Notes: generated from the sequence alone by a model not told the origin. DNA of 64,000 nucleotides from an uncultured Gemmatimonadales bacterium (GCA_963851265.1 CAWKNZ010000002.1:736001-800000), one strand, 5' to 3'. Positions 11,766 through 22,000 are shown, counted from the first letter of the stretch. Made by a program: numbers and translations.

Positions 11766-13921
11766 GCACGGGGTATTGGGTCGGCCGCGTCGTCACCCGC
11801 AGCCACGCACCGCAGCACCTCCGCCACGCTCCATGCCTGCGCGATGCACCCGCGCGGCGTGTACGGCGCCTCGGCGTCGAACACCTCGGCGATCGACCCG
11901 ACCCCGAACTCGCCCAGGTGGTCGAGGAGCGCGTCCAGGTACTGCCGGGCGCCGGCGTCGTCGCCGGGGTGCAGCTTGCGCCACGCGTCCACCCACGGCC
12001 CGATGAGCCACCCCCACACCGTTCCCTGGTGGTACGCGGCGTCGCGCGCGCGCAGGTTGCCGAAGTACTGCGCCTTGTACTCCGGGCTCCCCGGGGCGAG
12101 CGAGCGCAGGCCGTAGGGCGTCAGGAGTCGTATTTCGCACGCGGTGACCACCGCGTCCCAACGGGCGCGGTCGAGCACCGGGTTGGGCAGGGAGATCGCG
12201 AACAGCTGGTTGGGGCGGAACTCGGTCGAGTCGCCGTCCGGCCCGTCCACGACGTCGTACAGGTAGCCGCCCGCGTCGTACCAGAAGCGCGCGTTGAACG
12301 CGTCGCGCACCCGATCGGCCGCGTCCTCGTAGAGCGCCGCCGCTTCCGGACCGCGCGCCTCACGCGTCCACCGCGCGAGGTTGGCGAGGGCATTGTACCA
12401 GAGCGCGTTGATCTCGACCGGCTTGCCGCGCCTGGGCGTGACCACCCAGCCGTCGACCTTGGCGTCCATCCAGGTCAGCTGGAATCCCTCGGCGCCCTCG
12501 CGCAGGAGGCCGTCGGCGGGGTCCACGCCGATCCCGAAGCGCGTGCCCGCCGTGTGACGCGCGACGATGTCCTGCAGCACCGGGAGCAACTGTCTGACCG
12601 TCGCGCGGTCGCCGGTGATGCGGTCGTAGCGGTCGAGCGCGTGGAAGAACCAGAGCGTCGCGTCGGCGGTGTGGTACAGGCCGTCGTTGCTGCCATCCGG
12701 GAACATGTTCGGGATGAGGCCGTCGCGCACGTACTGCGCGAACGTTCGCAGGATGAACCCCGCCTCGCGCCACCGCCCGGTGGTCAGCGTGAGCCCCTCG
12801 AGCGAGATCATCGTGTCGCGCCCCCAATCCGTGAACCAGTGATAGCCGGCGATCACGGTGCGCACCTCGTCGCCGGTGGCCTGCGCGCGCACGCGGTCGT
12901 GCAGGCGGCCGGACGGCATGATGAGGAACTGGTCGGCGGCGAGCACCAGCTCCGCGGCGCGCGGGTCGGCCTCGAGCGCGCGGCGTACAGCGGCGTGCGG
13001 CATCTCGAGCAGCCGCCGGCGCCGTTCGTGCTCCGCGGCGCGGGCGTCGGCGGGGCTCAACGCGCGCATCACGTCCGGGCTCTCGGTCGAGGCGACGAGC
13101 GTGACGGGCGCGTCGGGCGCGAGTTGCAGCACGAAGTGGCCCGGCGACCACAGTGCGCCGCGGTCGGCGTAGCCGCGTGACTCCTCGACCCGGTACAGCA
13201 GATCCCGCGTGCGGAGCGGGTCGAGCGTCGGCGTCGCCTGCGCGCCCACGAACCCGAGTCGCAGGGACGGGAGGTCCGGGCGCCCCGCGAGCGTGACGAC
13301 GTAGTACTCGTCTTCGGCGCTGAGCCGGTACTGCTGGTCCGCGGCGGTCGCCGCGACGTCGGCCTCGTAGCCGCGAAAGTCGAGCGCGGGGCGCAGCTCG
13401 AGTTGGGCCGGCGCGGGTCCGGCGAGCGTGTACGTGATGTGCACGCTGTTCTGCCGGTAGGGCATGAGCAGGCGCTTCTCGATCGTCGCCATGCCGGCCC
13501 CCGTTCCGATGCGATAGACCCACACCGGGAGCCCCGCCTCGAGCCGGAACTCGGGCAGCAGGCGCACGCCCTCGGCGTCGAGCAGGCGGCCGTCGGCCCA
13601 CTCGGCCGCGCTCAGCGTGACGGTGGTGCCGTCGGCCAGGGTGACGCGCTCGATGAGGTGGTTGAGCATCACCATGCGGCCTAACGGGTTGGGCAGCGCG
13701 GCGACGAGCACGCCGTGGTACTTCCGCGTGGGGAGCGAGGCCACGCTGGCCGAGGCGTACCCGCCGAGGCCGTTGGTGACGAGCCACTCGCGGTCCACGA
13801 GCTCCGCAACGTCGACCGCGGCGCCGTCGGCCGCCGCGGGCCCGGTGATCCGCCGGACGACGCGGTCGACGAGGCGGTCCGACGCGGGCGCGTCGGCGGG
13901 TGCTGCTGGAACGGTGAGCAC
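11762..13921 (-). CDS. Amylo-alpha-1,6-glucosidase / glycogen debranching enzyme (GDE_N + GDE_C)
   Basis: EWLVTNGLGGYAS, IAGYHWFTDWGRDTMISLEGL, LTWMDAK, RPNQLFA, YHQGTVWGWL, GCIAQAWSVAE. Confidence 0.93.
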   Translation of the reverse strand: MLTVPAAPADAPASDRLVDRVVRRITGPAAADGAAVDVAELVDREWLVTNGLGGYASASVASLPTRKYHGVLVAALPNPLGRMVMLNHLIERVTLADGTTVTLSAAEWADGRLLDAEGVRLLPEFRLEAGLPVWVYRIGTGAGMATIEKRLLMPYRQNSVHITYTLAGPAPAQLELRPALDFRGYEADVAATAADQQYRLSAEDEYYVVTLAGRPDLPSLRLGFVGAQATPTLDPLRTRDLLYRVEESRGYADRGALWSPGHFVLQLAPDAPVTLVASTESPDVMRALSPADARAAEHERRRRLLEMPHAAVRRALEADPRAAELVLAADQFLIMPSGRLHDRVRAQATGDEVRTVIAGYHWFTDWGRDTMISLEGLTLTTGRWREAGFILRTFAQYVRDGLIPNMFPDGSNDGLYHTADATLWFFHALDRYDRITGDRATVRQLLPVLQDIVARHTAGTRFGIGVDPADGLLREGAEGFQLTWMDAKVDGWVVTPRRGKPVEINALWYNALANLARWTREARGPEAAALYEDAADRVRDAFNARFWYDAGGYLYDVVDGPDGDSTEFRPNQLFAISLPNPVLDRARWDAVVTACEIRLLTPYGLRSLAPGSPEYKAQYFGNLRARDAAYHQGTVWGWLIGPWVDAWRKLHPGDDAGARQYLDALLDHLGEFGVGSIAEVFDAEAPYTPRGCIAQAWSVAEVLRCVAAGDDAADPIPRA

Positions 13922-13965
13922 GAGTATCGGGTGCGTTCGAGAAGGGTCGGGCGGGACCGGCGCGG

Positions 13966-15957
13966 TCAGCGCGACGGCTCCGGGGCCAGCACCACCGCGC
14001 AGCCGCCGAGCAGGCGCCAGTTTTCACGCGGCCAGCAGAGGTCGGGGCGCTGTGGTGGGCGGCGCGGCTGTTCGCTCGCGTCGAATTCGACGCCGCCGAG
14101 TCCGCCGTACGACGGGTGCTCGCTCGTCCAGCGCGTGCGCCAGCGCATGCCGGCCGGCGGCGCGAGGAGCGGCTCGGGCGCGATGGCGAGGTGCGCGGTG
14201 GCCCCGGTGTTGACGACGAGCAGCCGGTCGTCGCCCCGCGGCCCGAAGTAGCGCAATGCGAACGCCCGGTCGGTGAGGGATGCGCCGTCGAGCGCACCGG
14301 GCGTCGTGCCCACGCCCGTGCGCGGTGTCGCGAACACCGGGTCGTCGCGCCGGAGCGCGATCAGGTCGCGGTGCAGCCGGAGCCACGCGGCGTGCCCGTC
14401 GCGCTCGCGCTCATTCCAGTCGAGCACGCACCGGCGGAACGTCGACTCGTCGGCGGGGCGGGGCAGGGTGGCCTGCATCTCGTCCGTGGCCATGCTCGTG
14501 AACTGCGCGAGCTCGGCGAAGCGTCCGCGCTGGACCGTCGGCGCGAGTTCGGCGTTGTGGTCGGCGAAGTAGAGAAAGGGTGCACTCGCGGCCCACTCCT
14601 GCCCCTGGAACAGCATCGGCAGTTGCGGCCCCAGGAGCAGCGCCGCCGTGAGCGCGCGAAGCGCCCCGGGCGCGGCGATCTGGTGCACGCGCTCGCCGAC
14701 GCCCGCGTTCGCGAGCTGGTCGTGGTTCTCGAGGAAGTGGACGAAGCGCCAGGGGGGTACGCCGAACGCGGGCGTGCCACGCCGCTTGCGCTGCCACCGG
14801 TACCACTGGCCCTGGTACAGAAAGCCGTACTTGGCCGCGGCGACGAATTCGCGCGCGCCGCCGGCGTAGTCGGTGAAGTACGCTTCGTCGCGCAGCGCGA
14901 GCGCGACGAACGCGCTGTGGTGCCAGTCGTCGTTCCAGACCGCGTCGAGGCCGTTCCCGCCGTCGCCCGCGGGCGTGACGAGCGCGACGTCCTGCGGCTC
15001 GTTCTCATTGACGATCCACGTCGCGCGCCCGCCGAGCGCGTCGCCCGCGGCGCGCACCGCAGCGCCGATCTGGGTGAGCACGTGCACGGGCGAGGTGTCG
15101 ACGATCGCCTGGGTGGCGTCGATCCGGAGTCCGTCGACGTGGAACTCCTCGACCCAGTAGCGCGCGTTGGCGACGTAGAACGCGCGCACCGGCGCGGCGT
15201 GCGCGCCGTCGAAGTTCACGGCGGTGCCCCAGTCGGTGTGGCGCTCGGCGTTGAAGTAGTACGGAGAGAACTGCGGGAGATAGTTCCCGTCCGGCCCCAA
15301 ATGGTTGTAGACGACGTCGAGCACGACCGCGAGGCCGAGCGCGTGCGCCCGGTCGACGAAGCGGCGCATGTCGTCGGGCGTGCCGTACTGCGCGGCCGGG
15401 GCAAACAGCTGCACGCCGTCGTACCCCCAGCCGAACCGCCCCGGGAACTGGTGCACCGGCATGACCTCGATCGTCGTCACACCGAGGTCAGCGAGCGCCG
15501 GGAGTCGCGCGGCCGCGCCGGCCCACGTGCCTTCGGGACTGAACGTGCCGAGGTGGAGTTCGTAGAGCACCTGCCGCGCGGGCTCGGTGATCCCGCGCCA
15601 CGCCGCGTCCGTCCACGCGAACGCGGCCGGATCGACGACTTCCGACGGGCCGTGCGGGCCGTCGGGTTGCGCGCGGGACGCGGGATCGGGGAAGCCGGCG
15701 GTGTGCGGGTCGGCGTTCGCGCCGTCGAGGCGGAAGCGATACCGTGCGCCCGCCACGACCCCCGGGATCTCCGCGCTCCAGTACCCGTCAACGCCGTCGG
15801 CGTCTCGCGACTCGCGCTCGAGCGGCACGACGCGCGCGCCGTCGTCGAGCACGACGTGAACCTGCCGCCGATCAGGCGCCCAGACGCGGAAGTGGACGTG
15901 GTCGGACGAGAGTTCGGCGCCGACGGGCAGGCGCCGGACTCGCAAACGGGCGGTCAT
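13966..15957 (-). CDS. treZ: Malto-oligosyltrehalose trehalohydrolase (GH13)
   Basis: FRVWAP, PDPASRAQPDGPHGPS, YELHLGTF, WGYDGV, DVVYNHLGPDGNYL, DGLRIDATQ, ENHDQ, PMLFQGQEW. Confidence 0.9.
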   Translation of the reverse strand: MTARLRVRRLPVGAELSSDHVHFRVWAPDRRQVHVVLDDGARVVPLERESRDADGVDGYWSAEIPGVVAGARYRFRLDGANADPHTAGFPDPASRAQPDGPHGPSEVVDPAAFAWTDAAWRGITEPARQVLYELHLGTFSPEGTWAGAAARLPALADLGVTTIEVMPVHQFPGRFGWGYDGVQLFAPAAQYGTPDDMRRFVDRAHALGLAVVLDVVYNHLGPDGNYLPQFSPYYFNAERHTDWGTAVNFDGAHAAPVRAFYVANARYWVEEFHVDGLRIDATQAIVDTSPVHVLTQIGAAVRAAGDALGGRATWIVNENEPQDVALVTPAGDGGNGLDAVWNDDWHHSAFVALALRDEAYFTDYAGGAREFVAAAKYGFLYQGQWYRWQRKRRGTPAFGVPPWRFVHFLENHDQLANAGVGERVHQIAAPGALRALTAALLLGPQLPMLFQGQEWAASAPFLYFADHNAELAPTVQRGRFAELAQFTSMATDEMQATLPRPADESTFRRCVLDWNERERDGHAAWLRLHRDLIALRRDDPVFATPRTGVGTTPGALDGASLTDRAFALRYFGPRGDDRLLVVNTGATAHLAIAPEPLLAPPAGMRWRTRWTSEHPSYGGLGGVEFDASEQPRRPPQRPDLCWPRENWRLLGGCAVVLAPEPSR

Positions 15958-16059
15958 GATGCGCGCTACCGAGCACGACCGGTGCCAGCGTCGGCGGCCC
16001 GCACGGCGGGCCCGAGTGCGCGGGCCCGCTCGACGAGCCCGCACCCTCGGTCCGCTCCG

Positions 16060-16428
16060 TCAGTCGGCTCGGTGGTAGCCGTGCGCGGCCCACCACGCGA
16101 TGTGCACCCGCAACTCGGCCGCGACCGCGTCGGGGAAGTGCGCCAGGGCGGGGCCGAGCGCCGCGTCGAGCGCGCGGGTGAGATCGGAGGCGAGCGCGCC
16201 GGCGTCGGCGCAGGCCGTGCCGTACCGTACGACGGCGGCGCGCAGCGCCTCGCGCGAGGAGGGTGACTCGCGGAGCGCGTCCTGCGCGGCCGTGAGTGCC
16301 GCGGCCGCCACGGGCGAAGCAGCCGCCGTCGTCTGTGGCCGCCCGGAGTCGACCGCGTCGCGGCGAGCACCCCGGGCGGGCGCGCGCCCCGACGGGTGCG
16401 GCGCGCGGAGCGGTGGGAGTTGCGACAT
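16060..16428 (-). CDS. Hypothetical protein (helical, Ala-rich)
   Basis: Fills the gap between treZ and the tRNA; the C-terminal half looks protein-like (LRAAVVRYG...HIAWWAAHGY). Start uncertain. Confidence 0.5.
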   Translation of the reverse strand: MSQLPPLRAPHPSGRAPARGARRDAVDSGRPQTTAAASPVAAAALTAAQDALRESPSSREALRAAVVRYGTACADAGALASDLTRALDAALGPALAHFPDAVAAELRVHIAWWAAHGYHRAD

Positions 16429-16582
16429 CGGAGAGCGGGGTTGAAGTCGCCCCGGCCCGTCGCGGCGTCCGGTCTGCCGCGTGATGGGTAACGGGACAGC
16501 GTGGACTGCAAAGCGTACGCCGCCGTTCACTTCCAGACGCCCGCGGTGGTGCGCCCCGGACGCGCCGTTATCTTTGCCCCAA

Positions 16583-16655
16583 GACCCTGTAGCTCAGCCG
16601 GTAGAGCAAGCGACTTTTAATCGCTAGGTCGTGGGTTCGAGCCCCACCGGGGTCA
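16583..16655 (+). tRNA. tRNA-Lys (anticodon TTT)
   Basis: Acceptor GACCCTG/CGGGGTC, D-arm TAGCTCAGCCGGTAGAGC, anticodon loop CT-TTT-AA, T-arm GGTTCGAGCCC. CCA not encoded. TATCTT lies 8 nt upstream. Confidence 0.96.
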
Positions 16656-16669
16656 TACGACGGGATCTC

Positions 16670-16709
16670 GGTGGGCCGCGCTCCGCGCGGCCCGCCGCGT
16701 TCGTTAGGC
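16670..16709 (+). terminator. Hairpin after tRNA-Lys, followed by CGTTAGGC
   Basis: 12-bp stem GGTGGGCCGCGC / GCGCGGCCCGCC (one G-T pair), then GCGTTCGTTAGGC. Confidence 0.55.
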
Positions 16710-16893
16710 ACTCACGCGCGCCGTCGGTCGGCACGGTCGGCGACGACCGTGTGCGTGTGACGCCGGTCACGCGTCAGAGGGGGCGGTGGGGTGGGCCGGG
16801 GCGTCGGTGTCTAGACCAGCATGCGCGCGATCGCGCCGCGCCGGCGCAGTCTGTAGCTTCAGCGTTCCTCGTCGTCTGCCGCACCCCCCGCCG

Positions 16894-18414
16894 ATGTCCC
16901 TCCCCTTTCGCACCCCGCGCCTGGCGGCCGCCGCGCTCTCGGCCGCGCTCGCGCTCCTCGCGGTCGAATCCAGCGGCGCCCAGCAGCCGGGCCCGGCGCC
17001 CGCGCCGCTCGCCGGCGTCGCCGGTCCGGTCGGATCGCCGATCCCCGGCCCGTCGCTCGGCGACACCGCGATCACCATCCCGATCCCGACGGTGCCCGCG
17101 AGCTTCGGCGGCCCCGCGGCGGCGACGTTCGCGCACACGCCCGGCCTGACGTGGGACCTGGACGTGCTGCCCTACGAGGGGCACCAGCGCGTGCAGCGGT
17201 ACGTCACCCTGTTCAGTACCGGCGCCCGCGACCGGTTCACGGAGTACCTGCACCGCGGCACGCGGTACGACTCGCTCATCCGCGGCAAGCTGCGCGCGGG
17301 CGGGTTGCCCGAGGACCTCACGTACCTCGCGCTCGTCGAGAGCGGCTACGACGTGCACGCGACGTCGCGGGTGCGCGCGGTCGGCATGTGGCAGTTCATG
17401 GCCGAAACGGCGCGCGACGTCGGGCTGCGCGTGGACTGGTGGGTCGACGAACGCCGCGACCCGGTGCGCTCCACCGACGCCGCGGTGCGCACGCTGCGCT
17501 GGCTCAAGGGGCAGTTCGGCTCGTACTTCGTCGCCGCGGCCGCGTACAACGGCGGCTCCGGGCGCGTGTCGCGCGGACTCGCGCAACTCGCTGACGTCGA
17601 CAGCGCGGGCGCGGCCGCTCCGGGCGAGGCGCGCTTCTTCGCGCTCGCCGAGCACGACGTGCTGCACGACGAGACGAAGAACTACGTCCCGCAGCTCATC
17701 GCGGCCGCGCTCGTCGCGAAGGAGGCGCCGCGCTACGCGATCCGCCCGGCGCCGCTCCCGCCGCTCGCGTACGACTCGGTGCGCGTGCCGGGCCTAACGC
17801 CGCTCGCCGCGGTCGCCGCCGCGAGCCGCGCGTCGCGCGCCGACCTGCTCGACCTCAACCCGCACCTGCTGCGCGGCGTCACGCCGCCGGGCGCGGCGCT
17901 GCTCGTGCGCGTCCCGGCCGGGCAGGGCGCCGCCGCCGCCGAGCGGTTCTCCAAGCTGGGTGACGAAATTCGGCGGGCGTTCCACGCGTCGGTCACGCGC
18001 AAGCGCGAGACGTGGGCCGCGCTCGCGGAACGCCTCGGCACGCCGCGCACGTGGCTCGAGCGGTACAACGCTGGGCTGGCCACCGTCGCCCACGGCCGCA
18101 ACCGCGGGCGGCTCGTGAGCGGGCAGACGGTGCGCGTGCCCACCGACGCCGTGATCGCCTACTCGCAGGACGTGGCGAGCGACGGCGGCGGGCCGGGCGC
18201 GCTCCCCCGCCTGGCGGCGGCCGCAGAGGCGGCACCGGGCGACGCGGCGCCCGCGGACGAGCCCGCGGCGAAATCCGAACGCCGCCGCGGGCCGCGCGCC
18301 GACGTCCGCGCGACGGCCGCCGTGCGCGGTCAGCATACCGCTCACGCCAAGGCGCGCATCACCGTGGCGAAGCTGCACCGCCGGCGCGGCGCGGGGGCGA
18401 ACCGCGAGGGGTGA
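16894..18414 (+). CDS. Lytic murein transglycosylase, MltD-like (SLT + LysM-like repeats)
   Basis: Signal peptide; LALVESGY, AVGMWQFM, VDERRDP, AAYNGG, ETKNYVP; LysM-like DLLDLNPHL and LERYN...LVSGQTVRVP. Confidence 0.88.
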   Translation: MSLPFRTPRLAAAALSAALALLAVESSGAQQPGPAPAPLAGVAGPVGSPIPGPSLGDTAITIPIPTVPASFGGPAAATFAHTPGLTWDLDVLPYEGHQRVQRYVTLFSTGARDRFTEYLHRGTRYDSLIRGKLRAGGLPEDLTYLALVESGYDVHATSRVRAVGMWQFMAETARDVGLRVDWWVDERRDPVRSTDAAVRTLRWLKGQFGSYFVAAAAYNGGSGRVSRGLAQLADVDSAGAAAPGEARFFALAEHDVLHDETKNYVPQLIAAALVAKEAPRYAIRPAPLPPLAYDSVRVPGLTPLAAVAAASRASRADLLDLNPHLLRGVTPPGAALLVRVPAGQGAAAAERFSKLGDEIRRAFHASVTRKRETWAALAERLGTPRTWLERYNAGLATVAHGRNRGRLVSGQTVRVPTDAVIAYSQDVASDGGGPGALPRLAAAAEAAPGDAAPADEPAAKSERRRGPRADVRATAAVRGQHTAHAKARITVAKLHRRRGAGANREG

Positions 18415-18417
18415 GCG

Positions 18418-19536
18418 TCAGCCGGTGCGCGCGAACGCGCCGGCGAGTTCGCGCATCAGGTCGGCGGCGACGAGCTGGGGCGTGACGTTGCCCGCGGCGC
18501 GCTGCTTCGCGCGCTCGACGGCGTCGATGCCCCGGCACGCGCCGAGCGCGCGCCGCGTGCGCTCGGGCTGCTCCGCACCGGCCCCGTCGCGGGCGAGCGC
18601 GTGCAATTGGACGACGAGCGCGTCGAGCACGTCGGTGAACGCGCCGCGCGCCTTCGACGCGCCCTGACCGAGGGCAACCCGCAGGCGGTCGGCCCGGTCG
18701 CCTTCCAGCACGGCCCGCAGCAGGCGTTCGGCCTCGTCGGCCGCCGCCCGCGCCTCCGCGCGGCCGAGCAGAGCGCCGGGCGCACCGGCCGCACTCGCGA
18801 TGGCCGCCGCAACCGCCTGCGGCCCGTCCAGCGACATCCCGCCCACCGCCAGGTGCGCGCGTACGTGCGGGTCGCCGAGGAATGCCGCCACGTCGGCGTC
18901 GGGCAGGGCGGGCACGCGGACACCGACCACGCGCGAGCGGATCGTGGGGAGCAGCGCGCCGGGTTCGCTCGACGTGAGGACGAGGGTCGTATCGGGCGGC
19001 GGCTCCTCGAGCAGCTTGAGGAAGGCGTTGGCGGCTTCGGCCGTCGCGTTCTCGTGGGGCGTCAGGCTCTCGGCCCGGCCGACCACGAACACCTTGCGAC
19101 GGCCGAGCGCCGGGGCCATTGCGGCCTGTTGCACGATGGCGCGGACCGTCGCGAGGTGGAGCGCGTCGGTGCCCGGCGGGGGGGCGTAGAGGCCGTGCGC
19201 CCGCGCGCGCTCCGCGCGCGCCTCGGCGAAATCGGTCCGCACGTCGTCCGCGTCCGCGTCGGTGAGCCGCGGGCGTGGGAAGAACCACGCGAGGTCCGGG
19301 TGGGCGTACTGCTCCGCATAGCGACACGGTTGGCACACGCCGCACGGGCCGCCATCCGGGCGCGCGGCCGGCGCACCCTGGCAGAGGAGTGACTGCCCGA
19401 GCCACAGCGCGAGTCGCTGCTTGCCGACGCCCGGAAGACCGTGCAGGAGCAGGCTCGCCGGAAGCGCGTCGCGCGCGTGTGTGGCGAGCAGGCGCGCGCG
19501 GAGCGGCGCGTGGCCGTAGAGCGGAACGAGGGGCAC
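18418..19536 (-). CDS. holB: DNA polymerase III subunit delta-prime
   Basis: LLLHGLPGVGKQ, Zn motif C..PCGVCQPC, HPDL, AANAFLKLLEEPP, LLPTIRSR. Start GTG 19536 inferred. Confidence 0.9.
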   Translation of the reverse strand: MPLVPLYGHAPLRARLLATHARDALPASLLLHGLPGVGKQRLALWLGQSLLCQGAPAARPDGGPCGVCQPCRYAEQYAHPDLAWFFPRPRLTDADADDVRTDFAEARAERARAHGLYAPPPGTDALHLATVRAIVQQAAMAPALGRRKVFVVGRAESLTPHENATAEAANAFLKLLEEPPPDTTLVLTSSEPGALLPTIRSRVVGVRVPALPDADVAAFLGDPHVRAHLAVGGMSLDGPQAVAAAIASAAGAPGALLGRAEARAAADEAERLLRAVLEGDRADRLRVALGQGASKARGAFTDVLDALVVQLHALARDGAGAEQPERTRRALGACRGIDAVERAKQRAAGNVTPQLVAADLMRELAGAFARTG

Positions 19537-19679
19537 GTCACAATATCGCCCCGCCGGCAACGGGTCGGGGCTCGGCGCGGCGTGGATTCGGGCGCCGGCA
19601 CGCTTCGTGACCGAAGCGCACCTGCTCCCGCGACGACGCATTCCGTCGCGGCCGACGCGACCCACCTCAGGAGGTTCTC

Positions 19680-19949
19680 ATGGCCGGCCGACGCTCACAA
19701 CAGGACAATGTGGACCCGGGGCAGTTCAGCTCCCCGCACGGCAGCGATAACACCCCCGACGAGCACCTGCGCGCCGCGGCGAAAACGGAGTACGCGCAGA
19801 CGCTCGTCGACGAGAAGGAGAGCATGATCCCCCGCCGCGGCCAGAACCCCGCGCTCGCCGATCTGCGCGCCCGGCGCGAGGCCGCCCGCGCGGAGCAGTC
19901 CAACGACCAGGCCGACGAGCGCGCGAGCGACGCCGAGCGGACGGAGTGA
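19680..19949 (+). CDS. Small hydrophilic hypothetical protein
   Basis: AGGAGG RBS upstream; stop lies 4 nt before the pfpI-like start. Confidence 0.65.
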   Translation: MAGRRSQQDNVDPGQFSSPHGSDNTPDEHLRAAAKTEYAQTLVDEKESMIPRRGQNPALADLRARREAARAEQSNDQADERASDAERTE

Positions 19950-19953
19950 TCTC

Positions 19954-20664
19954 ATGGCCCACGCGAACGATGCCATGAACGCGGAGAGCGCCTCGCCGCT
20001 CACGGGGCGCCGGATCGCGGTGCTCGCCGCCGATGGCGTCGAACAGGTCGAGCTCGTCCAGCCTACCGAAGCGCTCCGGAAGGCGGGTGCGACGGTGGAG
20101 CTGATCTCGCTCAAGCCGGGCGAGATTCAGGCCCTCAATCACGATATCGAAAAGGGCGACCGTTTTCCGGTCGACAAAGTGGTCGCCGACGCGAACGCGG
20201 GGGATTACGACGCACTGTTCGTCCCGGGCGGCGTCTCCAATCCCGACAAGCTCCGCGTCGACGCCGGCGCGGTGCAGTTCGTGCGCGACTTCGTCGAGCG
20301 CGACAAGCCGGTGGCCGCGATCTGTCACGGGCCGTGGGTCCTCGTCGAGGCCGACGCGGTCCGCGGCCGGACGCTCACGTCGTGGCCGTCGCTCAAGACC
20401 GACATCACGAATGCCGGCGGCGAGTGGCAGGACCGGGAGGTCATCGTCGATCAGAAGCTCGTCACCAGCCGCAAGCCCGACGACCTCGCGGCGTTCTGCG
20501 AGAAGATCGTCTCGGTGTTCGGCTCGGCCGTCGAGGAGCGCACGCTCGACCGCCAGCTCGAGCAGACGTTCCCCGCGAGCGACCCGCTCCCCGGGCCGAC
20601 GAGCACCGGCGCGATGAACGAAAAGCGGAGCGCCTCGCGCGAGGAGCCCGCGCCCGCGGCGTGA
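19954..20664 (+). CDS. PfpI/DJ-1 family (type 1 glutamine amidotransferase-like) protein with C-terminal FPASDP extension
   Basis: IAVLAADGVEQVEL, YDALFVPGG, AAICHGPWVL, LVTSRKPDDL. Confidence 0.92.
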   Translation: MAHANDAMNAESASPLTGRRIAVLAADGVEQVELVQPTEALRKAGATVELISLKPGEIQALNHDIEKGDRFPVDKVVADANAGDYDALFVPGGVSNPDKLRVDAGAVQFVRDFVERDKPVAAICHGPWVLVEADAVRGRTLTSWPSLKTDITNAGGEWQDREVIVDQKLVTSRKPDDLAAFCEKIVSVFGSAVEERTLDRQLEQTFPASDPLPGPTSTGAMNEKRSASREEPAPAA

Positions 20665-20806
20665 TCACCGCGGGTGGCGGGTCGTGCGCGCGGGCGGGGA
20701 CCGGCACCGCCGGGCTTGCCCGCCCGCCCGGCAGACGTAACGTAGAGCGGCCGCGCACTGCACGTGCGCGGCCGCTTTCGCACGTCCCCCGCCGTGGGTT
20801 TCTGCC

Positions 20807-22000
20807 ATGGAAGCGCGCAGCATCCCGTTCCCGATCGCCGCCCGGCGCGCCCACCCGCGAGTCGCGGCTCTCCCGTGGCCGCTCGCCGCGACCCTGTTCG
20901 CCGCGACGAGCATCGCCGTCGGCATCATCTGGGACATCTCGTGGCACATGTCCATCGGGCGCGACACGTTCTGGACGCCCGCCCACATGGCCATCTACGC
21001 GGGCGGCGTCGCGGGCGGACTCGCCAACGCGTGGCGCATCTTCCGCACGACGTGGTCGGCGGACGACGACGCGCGGGCGGGCGCCGTCCGCGTGTGGGGC
21101 TTCCACGGTCCGTTAGGCGCGTTCGTCTCGTGCTGGGGCGCGGGCGCGATGCTCGTCTCCGCGCCGTTCGACAACTGGTGGCACGACGCGTACGGCCTCG
21201 ACGTGCAGATCCTCTCGCCGCCGCACACGGTGCTGCTGCTCGGAATCGCGGGTGTGCTGCTCGGCGCCCTGCTCACGGCGATCGCGTTCCAGAACGCCGC
21301 GGAGGCGGGCGGGTACCCGGCGGAGCGCGTGGCGACGTTCCGCGTCGCGTACGTGTACGCGTCGGCGCTCCTGGTCACCATGGCCAGCATCGGCGCGTAC
21401 GAGTACACACGGCCCATCATGCTGCACAGCGGGCGGTTCGTGCGCGCGACGGCGTGGGCGTTCCCGCTCTTCTTCTGTGCGGTCGCACGCGCATCGCGCC
21501 TGCGCTGGCCGGCGACCGTCACGGCGCTGCTCTACATGGTGATGTTCGCCGCGACGTCGTGGATCCTGCCGCTGTTCCCCGCGACGCCGAAGCTCGGGCC
21601 GATCTACAACCCGATCACGCACATGGTGCCGCTCGGGTTCCCGCTGCTCTTCGTCGTCCCCGCGTTCGCCATCGATCTCGTGCTGCGCCGATGGACGCGC
21701 CCGCCGGGGTGGGCGCTCGCCGCCGTGCTCGGTGCGTCGTTCGTCTGCCTCGTCCTGGTGGTGCACTGGCCGTTCGGCACGTTCCTGCTCTCGAGCGCGT
21801 CGCACAACCGGTTCTTTGCCGGCGGTCAGTTCAGCTACGGCGTGCCTCCGACGGCGTTTTCGCGCCGCGGCGTGTTCCCTCCGGTCGAGAAGAGCGCGGC
21901 CGAGTACTGGTCACGGGTCGGTTGGGCGGTGGTGATCGCGACCGTGTCGGCGCGCCTCGGGCTCGCGTGGGGCGGGTGGATGCGGCGGGTGCGACGGTGA
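20807..22000 (+). CDS. Polytopic membrane protein with two D-x2-W-H...P-x-H putative metal-binding motifs
   Basis: About 10 hydrophobic segments; WDISWHMSIGRDTFWTPAH and FDNWWHDAYGLDVQILSPPH. Confidence 0.8.
   Translation: MEARSIPFPIAARRAHPRVAALPWPLAATLFAATSIAVGIIWDISWHMSIGRDTFWTPAHMAIYAGGVAGGLANAWRIFRTTWSADDDARAGAVRVWGFHGPLGAFVSCWGAGAMLVSAPFDNWWHDAYGLDVQILSPPHTVLLLGIAGVLLGALLTAIAFQNAAEAGGYPAERVATFRVAYVYASALLVTMASIGAYEYTRPIMLHSGRFVRATAWAFPLFFCAVARASRLRWPATVTALLYMVMFAATSWILPLFPATPKLGPIYNPITHMVPLGFPLLFVVPAFAIDLVLRRWTRPPGWALAAVLGASFVCLVLVVHWPFGTFLLSSASHNRFFAGGQFSYGVPPTAFSRRGVFPPVEKSAAEYWSRVGWAVVIATVSARLGLAWGGWMRRVRR

Noticed and set aside
16583..16720. Integrated element at tRNA-Lys
   Set aside because: No integrase, no duplicated tRNA 3' end and no evident compositional shift.
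20764..21996. N-terminal 411 aa of the 927-aa ORF
   Set aside because: Overlaps the membrane-protein gene in another frame. The real start is most likely GTG 21997, followed by a signal peptide.
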